A DNA stretch of 64,000 nt from Clostridia bacterium. GTDB lineage: Bacteria > Bacillota > Clostridia > Oscillospirales > Acutalibacteraceae. Below the pieces are notes generated by a model. That model did no database searches, had not been told where the DNA came from, and saw only the letters and a list, made by a program, of their open reading frames with translations. The stretch covers positions 1,061 to 65,060 of the forward strand of contig JAQXHF010000050.1 in the NCBI GenBank assembly GCA_029007095.1. Direction: 5' to 3'. A program made the position numbers and the translations under genes. Shown piece after piece: positions 56,723 to 64,000 of this stretch (the stretch's first letter is position 1; each line of letters begins with the position of its first letter).

Positions 56723-56785
56723 TTGACAATAAATTTCAATAATGTTATAATTTTTTTAATATATTAGAAGGTGGATGCGTTTTAT

Positions 56786-59404
56786 ATGAATTTCAGCTAT
56801 AAATTTACTGTAATTATCCCTGTTTATAACCGCGGAGATATGGTTCATATAGCTTTTGAGTCTGTTAAAAATCAAACTATGAATTTTGATGATATCGAGG
56901 TTCTTATCGTTAACGACGGTTCGACCGACGATAGCCTTAAAAAGTGCAGAGCACTTGCCGGAAACTCTAAGAATGTCAAGGTTCTTGACAAGCCCAACGG
57001 CGGAATTAGCTCTGCGAGAAACTGCGGAATAAAAAACGCAACCGGAAAATATATTGCTTTTCTTGACGACGATGACGCTCTTGAAGAGAAAACGCTGGAA
57101 AGTTCGTATAATCTTTTTGAAGAGCATTACGACGAGATAGATTTACTTACCTATAAAATAACATATATTCAGAACGGACAAAAGGCAAAATGGAGACATT
57201 TCAGATATGATGTCCTTACGGAGACGGGCGTATACAGCTTGGAGGAAAATCCGTCTATTGTTCAGACAACGATAAATGTTTGCATTAAGAATCAGGCTGA
57301 AAACACTAAGCTTTTTGACGAAAGTCTGTCATATATGGAGGACCAGGCATACAACAACGCCGTCCTTGCAGACAAGATGAAAATAGGCTTTGTCGAGGAC
57401 GGAGAATATCTTTACAACAGACATGACGACAGCGCCGTTTCGGTTTCGTCGAGCGCTATTCATTGCTTTGAGAAGTTTATGAATTATTTTGAAACGCTTT
57501 TCGGCAAGTATGACGCTGTACCGAAGTATTACCAGTGCTGTTTCCTCCATAATCTGACTTACAGACTGAAAGATGATGTGCTTTTCCCGTATCATTACAA
57601 CGAAAAGGATTTTGCCGCGGCAATGGGCAGGATATCGTCTTTGCTTGCGAGAGTCGATGAAACGACAATGTTTATCGACTTCCCGATGGACGATTTCTAC
57701 CGCACTTATTTCTGGTGTCTTAAACCCAACCGTAAGGCTGAGCTGAAATTCAATGATTTCTCGCAGGAGCTTGTTCTCGGAAAACGGGTTCTTATGGAGC
57801 GCCATAATGTAACTTTTGTTGTCAAAAGATTCTTCTTTGACGGAAAATCGGCTCGTTTTATCGGCTATATCCGTTCGCCTTTCTTTAATTTTATGGACAA
57901 GCCGGAGCTGTATCTCAATTTCTATGACGGCGGCAGGGATATACAGATAGAGCTTAACAAGTCCTCTTTCTGCTACTATTTCTGCAAGCACGAATGTGCA
58001 AAGGCATGGTCGTTTGACTTTACCGTAAATCTTAACAGAACGGTCAATTTTGATTTTTACTGCAAAATGGGCGAAAGATGCTACCCGTGCGTTTATGAAT
58101 TCAATTCAAATATAGTTGCAAAACCGAATTCTCCGGGATTCATTTATATGAAGAACGACACAAGAATTCAGCTCAAAGAAAATCTCTTTATGGTAAAGAA
58201 AATGTCCCATAGCGAGTATTTACGCAGGGAAACCAAGAGAATGCTTCATCTTGCCTCGACAAAACCCGCCGACGGCATCAGCTATATGATTATCAAAGAG
58301 CTTAAAAAGAATGAAATTTGGCTGTATAACGATAATTTATATACTGTAAAGGATAATGCATATTATCAGTTTAAGCACGATTTTAATAAAGATGACGGAG
58401 TTAAAAGATACTATGTAATGGACGGAGATCCGAGCAGGATGAAAGGTCTTTTCACTCCTGAGGAAGAAAAGCATATTGTAAAATTTGCTTCAAAGAAGCA
58501 TATACTTTTATTCTTTGCGGCGTCAAAGATAATAACATCTTTCTGCGAGGCGAGCGCATTTACTCCCGTTATTCCGAAACACAGGAGAATGTTCTTTGAC
58601 CTTACTGATTTTGAGGTTATTTATTTGCAGCACGGAATACTCCACGCGACTACTCCGACCAAGTATTCAAAGGACAGAGTTTTTGTCGATAAGATTGTTG
58701 TATCGTCGCAGTTTGAGATTGATAATCTTACGGAGAACTACGGTTATAATTTCTCAGACCTGATTCCGTCGGGTATGCCTCGCTATGATTATACCGATTT
58801 GGCAAAGAAGCCTAAGAACAGAATACTTTATGCTCCGAGCTGGCGCGACAAGCTCGTCGGTAAATATGTAAACCGTGAAAGAAAGTTCTACGATTCTGTT
58901 CTTAAAAATTCCAATTATTATAAGGGAATCGTTGCTTTCCTTACCGATCCCGTGTTGCTCGAAGCTCTTGAAAAGAATGATATCATTCTTGATTTCAAGC
59001 CTCATCCGAATTTCCGCGGATACGCTCATCTGTTTGAGCCGTTCCTCAACGACAGGATTGTGCTTGCAGCTCCCAATGTAGAGCTTGCGGACTATAAGCT
59101 CTTTATTACGGATTTTTCGAGCTTTAATTTCGATTATATTTATCAGGGCAGACAGCTTTTGTATTTCGTACCTGACCTCGATGATTTCAAATGCGGTGCC
59201 GTTACATTTTACAGGGATATTGATTTGAAGTTTGAGGACGGCTTCGGTGATTATACTACCGATCCGCACGAAGCTGCCGAGCTTGTTGTGAAACGAATTA
59301 ACTGCAATTTTGAAACAGATGAAAAATATAAGGACCGCATTGATAATTTCTTCCTCTCAAAAGGAAATCATTGCGAAAAACTGTATAGGTATCTCAAAAA
59401 ATAA
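56786..59404 (+). CDS. Fusion of a GT2 glycosyltransferase (N-terminal) and a CDP-glycerol glycerophosphotransferase (TagB/TagF-like, C-terminal)
   Basis: FTVIIPVYNRGDMV...LIVNDGSTD...FLDDDD (GT-A/GT2). The C-terminal ...ILYAPSWRD...KPHP...TDFSSFNFDY pattern is typical of TagF-family enzymes. Confidence 0.8.
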   Translation: MNFSYKFTVIIPVYNRGDMVHIAFESVKNQTMNFDDIEVLIVNDGSTDDSLKKCRALAGNSKNVKVLDKPNGGISSARNCGIKNATGKYIAFLDDDDALEEKTLESSYNLFEEHYDEIDLLTYKITYIQNGQKAKWRHFRYDVLTETGVYSLEENPSIVQTTINVCIKNQAENTKLFDESLSYMEDQAYNNAVLADKMKIGFVEDGEYLYNRHDDSAVSVSSSAIHCFEKFMNYFETLFGKYDAVPKYYQCCFLHNLTYRLKDDVLFPYHYNEKDFAAAMGRISSLLARVDETTMFIDFPMDDFYRTYFWCLKPNRKAELKFNDFSQELVLGKRVLMERHNVTFVVKRFFFDGKSARFIGYIRSPFFNFMDKPELYLNFYDGGRDIQIELNKSSFCYYFCKHECAKAWSFDFTVNLNRTVNFDFYCKMGERCYPCVYEFNSNIVAKPNSPGFIYMKNDTRIQLKENLFMVKKMSHSEYLRRETKRMLHLASTKPADGISYMIIKELKKNEIWLYNDNLYTVKDNAYYQFKHDFNKDDGVKRYYVMDGDPSRMKGLFTPEEEKHIVKFASKKHILLFFAASKIITSFCEASAFTPVIPKHRRMFFDLTDFEVIYLQHGILHATTPTKYSKDRVFVDKIVVSSQFEIDNLTENYGYNFSDLIPSGMPRYDYTDLAKKPKNRILYAPSWRDKLVGKYVNRERKFYDSVLKNSNYYKGIVAFLTDPVLLEALEKNDIILDFKPHPNFRGYAHLFEPFLNDRIVLAAPNVELADYKLFITDFSSFNFDYIYQGRQLLYFVPDLDDFKCGAVTFYRDIDLKFEDGFGDYTTDPHEAAELVVKRINCNFETDEKYKDRIDNFFLSKGNHCEKLYRYLKK

Positions 59405-59456
59405 TTGACTCTATACAGGCGCGCCGAGTTCGGCGCAGAGCAAAAATCATAAAAAT

Positions 59457-59510
59457 AAAGCTATAATTTACAACTGAGCGCAATAATTGCCGTTTGTAAA
59501 TTATAGCTTT
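59457..59510. terminator. Bidirectional terminator (17-bp perfect stem)
   Basis: AAAGCTATAATTTACAA-20 nt-TTGTAAATTATAGCTTT followed by TTTT. It lies between convergent genes. A smaller hairpin GCGCCGA-gt-TCGGCGC lies just upstream. Confidence 0.7.
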
Positions 59511-59535
59511 TTTGTTGAAAAATTGTCTTGTTTTA

Positions 59536-61005
59536 TTACAATGCTATTTTCAGAAAATCGGAGTAAGCATTTTCCCATTTGTCAGGATCCTGCGGTTCGT
59601 AAATTTTAAGCTCGGAGGAGTCGGAAACGATTTTTCTCGCTTCGCTTATCGAGTCTATGCATCCGTCCGCGAGAAGCTGAACGGCGATATTGCCCATTAC
59701 GGTAGCTTCTACGGGGCCTGCCGCAACTCTGACATTGCAGGCGGAGGAGGTCATCTGACAGAGCAAAGTGTCTTTTGTTCCGCCGCCGATGACATGAATT
59801 ACGGGGTATTTCTTTTCGGTACATTCCGAGAGCTTCGCAAATGTAAGCTTATACTTCATCGCAAGGCTTTCGTATATACAGCGCATAACCTCGCCGACGG
59901 TCTGAGGAACATACTGGCCGGTTTTTTTACAGAATTCGCGCACTCTTTCGGGAATGTTGCCGTGAGGAACAAACTCAGGAGCGTCCGGATCAATGAAGCA
60001 TTTGAACGGTTCGGACGCAAGAGCGGCTTTTTCAAGGTCTGCATATGAGTATTCCTCTCCCTCTCTGCGCCATTGACGGCGGCTCTCCTGAATGAGCCAA
60101 AGACCGATTATATTTTTAAGGAAACCTACGGCTTTGCCGTAACCGCCCTCGTTTGTTATGTTTATATCAAGAGATTTTTCATTAACGATCGGCGCGTCAA
60201 GCTCCGTTCCGAAAAGAGACCATGTTCCGCTTGAAATGAAAGCGAAATCTCCGCTTTCGCAGGGCACGGCGGTGATTGCCGACTGCGTATCGTGTCCGCA
60301 TACTGAGATTACGGGTACGCTCTTTGTACCGCACTCCTCGCAGATATCGTCGCTGAGCATACCGAGAACAGTTCCGGATGGAACTATATCCGGCAAAAGT
60401 CTTTTAGGAATTTCAAATGCTTCAAGAAGCTCGTCCGACCAGTCCCCACTCGTTATATCAAGCATCTGCGAGGTCGAAGCGATTGAATATTCCGCGCATT
60501 TTTTGCCTGTCAGCATATACGCAAAAAGGTCGGGCATAAACAGGATTTTGTCTGCTCTGTCAAGCATCCACGGGCGATTTTTTTTGAGAGATATAAGCTG
60601 ATACAGCGTGTTAAGTTCCATAAACTGCGTTCCCGTAGTTGCATAGAGCTTGTCTTTGGGAACGGTTTTGAATGCCTCGTCAACCATTCCCGCGGTTCTT
60701 TTATCACGGTAGTGAATCGGATTTTCCATCAGCTTATCCTCGGCGTCGATAAGACCGAAATCAACTCCCCAGGTATCAATTCCGATGCTGTCAAATCCGC
60801 CGGCGAGAGCCGCTTTTGTGATTCCCTGTTTAATCTCGTAAAACAGGCGCAGAACATCCCAGTAAACCGTTCCGCCGACGCTGACGGGATCGTTTGAAAA
60901 GCGGTGAATTTCCTGAAGCGTTATTTTCTTGCCGTCGAAAGAACCTATTATAGCTCTTCCGCTTGAAGCGCCGAAGTCAAAAGCGAGAATTCTTTTTTCA
61001 GTCAT
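59536..61005 (-). CDS. rhaB: Rhamnulokinase (FGGY carbohydrate kinase)
   Basis: ILAFDFGASSGRAIIGSFDGKKITLQEIHRFSNDPV...YWDV parallels the E. coli RhaB N-terminus. About 489 aa. Confidence 0.85.
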   Translation of the reverse strand: MTEKRILAFDFGASSGRAIIGSFDGKKITLQEIHRFSNDPVSVGGTVYWDVLRLFYEIKQGITKAALAGGFDSIGIDTWGVDFGLIDAEDKLMENPIHYRDKRTAGMVDEAFKTVPKDKLYATTGTQFMELNTLYQLISLKKNRPWMLDRADKILFMPDLFAYMLTGKKCAEYSIASTSQMLDITSGDWSDELLEAFEIPKRLLPDIVPSGTVLGMLSDDICEECGTKSVPVISVCGHDTQSAITAVPCESGDFAFISSGTWSLFGTELDAPIVNEKSLDINITNEGGYGKAVGFLKNIIGLWLIQESRRQWRREGEEYSYADLEKAALASEPFKCFIDPDAPEFVPHGNIPERVREFCKKTGQYVPQTVGEVMRCIYESLAMKYKLTFAKLSECTEKKYPVIHVIGGGTKDTLLCQMTSSACNVRVAAGPVEATVMGNIAVQLLADGCIDSISEARKIVSDSSELKIYEPQDPDKWENAYSDFLKIAL

Positions 61006-61426
61006 TTATTACAACACCTTTTTGGAGAATGATATTCGCATAAATTGCGGTTTCGCCTGTGGCGATTATTGCATAGGCGTTTCTTGCCTTTTCATAGAAA
61101 TCAAATCTTTCTATAAGCTCGATTTTTTTGTCGCCTTCGTTCTTTTTGATTATATCCTTGTATGTCTGCCAGATTTCGGGCGGATTTTCGCTGTCGCCGT
61201 TATCCATAAGCCCAACGGGACATTCAACATAGGTGTCGAGGGGCATAAGTTGAAGTATTGCGTCAAGAATTTCGGGAACTCCGTGTCCGTCACAGCGTAT
61301 AAGTCTTTTGGCGTTTGCCGCGGCGGGGAAGTTACCGTCGCCTATTACAATATAGTCACCGTGTCCCATTTCCATAAGAGTTTTGAGAAGCTCCGGGGAT
61401 AATACCGACGGAATATTTTTAAGCAT
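60998..61426 (-). CDS. fucU: RbsD/FucU-family sugar mutarotase (L-fucose mutarotase-like)
   Basis: MLKNIPSVLSPELLKTLMEMGHGDYIVIGDGNFP... 142 aa. Overlaps the rhaB start by 8 nt. Confidence 0.8.
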   Translation of the reverse strand: MLKNIPSVLSPELLKTLMEMGHGDYIVIGDGNFPAAANAKRLIRCDGHGVPEILDAILQLMPLDTYVECPVGLMDNGDSENPPEIWQTYKDIIKKNEGDKKIELIERFDFYEKARNAYAIIATGETAIYANIILQKGVVIND

Positions 61427-61578
61427 AGCAATTTACTCCTTTTTACAATTTTATTTAATTATACAATAATCTTATATAAAAATAAAGTAAAATACTTGAA
61501 AATCTTTCATAAATTTGATTTAATATTTTTGTCGTAAAACGGCCTGTATGATATCAGGCGAAATTTGAAGGTGTTTAA

Positions 61579-63108
61579 ATGTTTGCAAAAGTGAACAGTA
61601 TGGGAATTTTCGGACTTGAAGTTTTCCCGGTCACGGTAGAAGCGGATATTTCTTCGGGATTGCCGAGGTTTGATATTGTCGGTTTGCCCGATTCCGCGGT
61701 AAGCGAATCGCGCGACAGAGTACGCTCGGCAATGAAAAATGTCGGTTATGATTTCCCTGTCAGCAGGATAACGGTAAATCTTGCGCCTGCCGACCGCCGC
61801 AAGGAGGGGCCGACTTATGACCTTGCCGTTTTTATTGCTTTGCTTGAAGCTTCTCAGCAGATTAAGGTTGACAGCCGCGAATATTCGTTCCTCGGTGAGC
61901 TTTCGCTTGACGGAACGGTGCGCAGAGTAAACGGAGTCCTGCCCATGGCGATAGGAGCTATGAAGAGCGGAATAAAAGGAATTTTCGTTCCCGACGAGAA
62001 TGCGAGCGAAGCCGCCGTAGTTGAGGGTATAGATGTCTATCCCGTTTCAAATGTTATTGATGTTATCAATCATCTTTGCGGCAGAAAACCGATTAAGCCG
62101 GCAGCCGCGATAAGCACGACCGACAAGAACCCGTTTGAATTTATGCCGGATTTTGCCGATGTCAAAGGTCAGTCTGAGGCAAAGAGAGCGCTTGAAGTAG
62201 CAGCCGCCGGAGGTCATAATACCATTATGATAGGCAGTCCGGGAACGGGCAAAAGTATGCTTGCAAAGCGCCTTCCGTCAATTCTTCCGTCTATGACTTT
62301 TGAAGAAAGTCTTGAAACAACTAAGATATACTCGGTCGCCGGTGCTCTTAAAAAAGATTCACGGCTTATAACGCAAAGACCGTTCCGCTCACCGCACCAC
62401 ACCGTATCTACGGTAGGCTTGGCGGGAGGAGGAGCAGTGCCGAAGCCGGGTGAGCTTTCGCTTGCACATAACGGCGTGTTGTTTCTTGACGAGCTGCCGG
62501 AATTCTCACGGCAGACGATGGAGATAATGCGTCAGCCGCTTGAAGACGGAATTATAACGATATCACGCGCCGCCGGCACTTTTTCGTATCCGTGTTCGGT
62601 TATGCTCGTTTGCGCGATGAATCCGTGTCCGTGCGGATATTACGGACACCCGACGAGGGAGTGTACCTGCCACGAAGGAGCTGTTTCAAGATATTTGTCA
62701 AAGGTAAGCGGACCTCTGCTGGACAGGATAGATATTCATATTGAAGTGCCTCCGGTTGACTTCCATAAGCTCTCGGACAACCGAAAGGCGGAAAGCTCGG
62801 AAAGTATAAGAAAAAGAGTCGAAGCCGCAAGAAAAATTCAGCAGGAAAGGCTGAAAGGAACAACGGCAAACTGTAACGCGCAGATGAATTCGGCTATGAC
62901 GAGAGAATATTGTCAAGCCACAGACGAAGCAATGCGGCTTTTGAACGCGGCGTTTGATAAGCTCGGACTTTCTGCGAGAGCCTACGATAAAATACTCCGT
63001 GTTGCAAGGACGGTTGCCGACCTCGGCGGCTCTGAAAAAATTGAAGCAAATCACATTGCCGAAGCAATCCAATACAGATCTCTCGACAGAAAGTTCTGGG
63101 AGAGATAA
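61579..63108 (+). CDS. YifB/ComM-family Mg-chelatase-like AAA+ ATPase
   Basis: N-terminal Lon-protease-like fold. Walker A MIGSPGTGKSMLA. ...GVLFLDELPEF... C-terminal ChlI domain. Confidence 0.9.
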   Translation: MFAKVNSMGIFGLEVFPVTVEADISSGLPRFDIVGLPDSAVSESRDRVRSAMKNVGYDFPVSRITVNLAPADRRKEGPTYDLAVFIALLEASQQIKVDSREYSFLGELSLDGTVRRVNGVLPMAIGAMKSGIKGIFVPDENASEAAVVEGIDVYPVSNVIDVINHLCGRKPIKPAAAISTTDKNPFEFMPDFADVKGQSEAKRALEVAAAGGHNTIMIGSPGTGKSMLAKRLPSILPSMTFEESLETTKIYSVAGALKKDSRLITQRPFRSPHHTVSTVGLAGGGAVPKPGELSLAHNGVLFLDELPEFSRQTMEIMRQPLEDGIITISRAAGTFSYPCSVMLVCAMNPCPCGYYGHPTRECTCHEGAVSRYLSKVSGPLLDRIDIHIEVPPVDFHKLSDNRKAESSESIRKRVEAARKIQQERLKGTTANCNAQMNSAMTREYCQATDEAMRLLNAAFDKLGLSARAYDKILRVARTVADLGGSEKIEANHIAEAIQYRSLDRKFWER

Positions 63109-63129
63109 ATTTGAAAGGGAGTAATTATT

Positions 63130-63603
63130 ATGAGGCGTTCAGACAGAGAAATTAAAAGCTTTGATGAAATTATCAAGGTTATTGAGGAATGTGATGTTTG
63201 CCGTGTTGCGTTGAACGCGGACGGATATCCTTATATAATTCCGCTTAATTTCGGAATGAAAACCGACGGCGAAAGAGTTGAACTTTATTTCCACGGCGCA
63301 AAAGAGGGTACAAAATATGAACTGATAGAAGCGGACAACAGAGCGAGCTTTGAAATGGACTGCGCGCACAAACTTGTGACCGATACCGAAAGCGGAAACT
63401 GCACAATGGAATATAAAAGCGTCATAGGCAGAGGACGCATTGAACCGATTGACGACGCGGAAAAGCTGAACGCGCTTTCGATACTTATGGAGCATTATCA
63501 TAAATCGGATTTTTCTTTTGATAAATCTGTAATGCCGCAAACCGCTGTCTTTAAGCTCGTAGTTGAGAGTATGACGGGAAAAGCGAGACTGAAAAAGAAA
63601 TAA
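63130..63603 (+). CDS. Pyridoxamine 5'-phosphate oxidase-family (split-barrel flavin-binding, NimA-like) protein
   Basis: MRRSDREIKSFDEIIKVIEECDVCRVAL..DGYPYIIPLNFG...YFHGAKEGTK. About 157 aa. Confidence 0.8.
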   Translation: MRRSDREIKSFDEIIKVIEECDVCRVALNADGYPYIIPLNFGMKTDGERVELYFHGAKEGTKYELIEADNRASFEMDCAHKLVTDTESGNCTMEYKSVIGRGRIEPIDDAEKLNALSILMEHYHKSDFSFDKSVMPQTAVFKLVVESMTGKARLKKK

Positions 63604-63842
63604 AAATCGAGCCGTAACGGCGAGTAAAGCCGCAATTCATTAAATTACACGCAATGCTGACCGAATGATAAAATAACTGTTTTATAAAAGCTTAAAACCG
63701 AATAAAACTTTCATTTGATGTGTTGCAAATTCTTTTAAATAGTGTATAATTAGTTTGTATCCGGCTTGAAAATAAAAAGCGGAATAAGGATATTAACGCT
63801 AAAACGCGTTTGAAATTTGGATTTACGAAAGGAAGAATGAAT

Positions 63843-64000
63843 ATGGCAGAGAACAGATATCTCGGCGAATATCCCGTAATCGGAATCCGTCCGATAATCG
63901 ACGCAAGACGAGGACCTCTTAAAGTCAGAGAGTCGCTTGAAGATCAGACTATGGGTATGGCGAAAGCCGCAAAGAAGCTTTTTTAGGAGAACTTAAAATA
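63843..64000 (+). pseudogene. fucI: 5' end of L-fucose isomerase with an in-frame TAG at 63984-63986 (continues beyond window)
   Basis: [54 protein letters not shown] is collinear with the E. coli FucI N-terminus ...[40 protein letters not shown]. A promoter TTGCAA-N16-TATAAT is at 63723-63750. Confidence 0.55.

Noticed and set aside
59512-61402. Plus-strand ORFs 59512-60048, 60158-60601 and 60929-61402
   Set aside because: They are antisense to rhaB and fucU and have no independent support.
1-64000. Global reassignment of TAG (or pyrrolysine use) as the explanation for the in-frame TAGs
   Set aside because: All long conserved genes are free of internal TAG under the standard code. This includes the 1388-, 1265- and 1190-aa proteins and about 50 others. 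No pyl genes or methylamine methyltransferases are seen. Local pseudogenisation or sequencing error is more parsimonious. It is kept only as a cheap genome-wide check.
1-64000. CRISPR arrays, tRNA or rRNA genes, riboswitches or T-boxes upstream of argG, putP, azlC and the ECF S-component gene
   Set aside because: No regularly spaced repeats, cloverleaf-compatible segments or rRNA-like stretches were seen. The leaders examined are short or AT-rich and lack recognisable conserved riboswitch cores. A covariance-model scan would be needed to exclude them formally.

Overview
The window looks like a chromosomal segment from a low-GC Firmicute, probably a Clostridia / Ruminococcus-Oscillospiraceae-like gut or rumen anaerobe. 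This is inferred from a dockerin-bearing protein, GH13/GH127/GH89 genes, a PolC-type replicase and the gene order pyrH-frr-uppS-cdsA-dxr-rseP-ispG-polC. No database search was run, so all family calls come from reading the translations.

The left part (about 1-23.2 kb) is accessory. It holds small genes broken by in-frame stops (barstar-like, zinc-ribbon, NADAR-like remnant) and a ~139-bp promoter-bearing direct repeat flanking an XRE/lipoprotein module. It also holds a GH127 gene, a secreted PHP-domain protein, a MocR divergon and a 1190-aa dockerin protein.

The best candidate for an undescribed system is at 8.3-15.8 kb. A 1388-aa vWA/CnaB surface protein has a stop codon that overlaps the start of a 79-aa Cys-containing peptide gene. 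That gene is followed by an attenuator-like hairpin, a signal-anchored protein, an HPr-kinase-like P-loop protein, a radical SAM/SPASM enzyme and a PqqD-family protein. Together these form an RiPP-like maturation cassette.

The right part (23.4-64 kb) is mostly core: argGHF, putP, lepA, hemW, sugar genes, rpe, azlCD, the polC-to-pyrH operon, GH89, a teichoic-acid-type GT2/TagF fusion, rhaB-fucU, comM/yifB and the start of fucI. Oddities there are a PolC with no proofreading exonuclease insert, a degenerate HisI-like paralog, an acetyltransferase wedged into the rseP-ispG junction, and an in-frame TAG in fucI. No rRNA, tRNA, CRISPR array, transposase or integrase was recognised.
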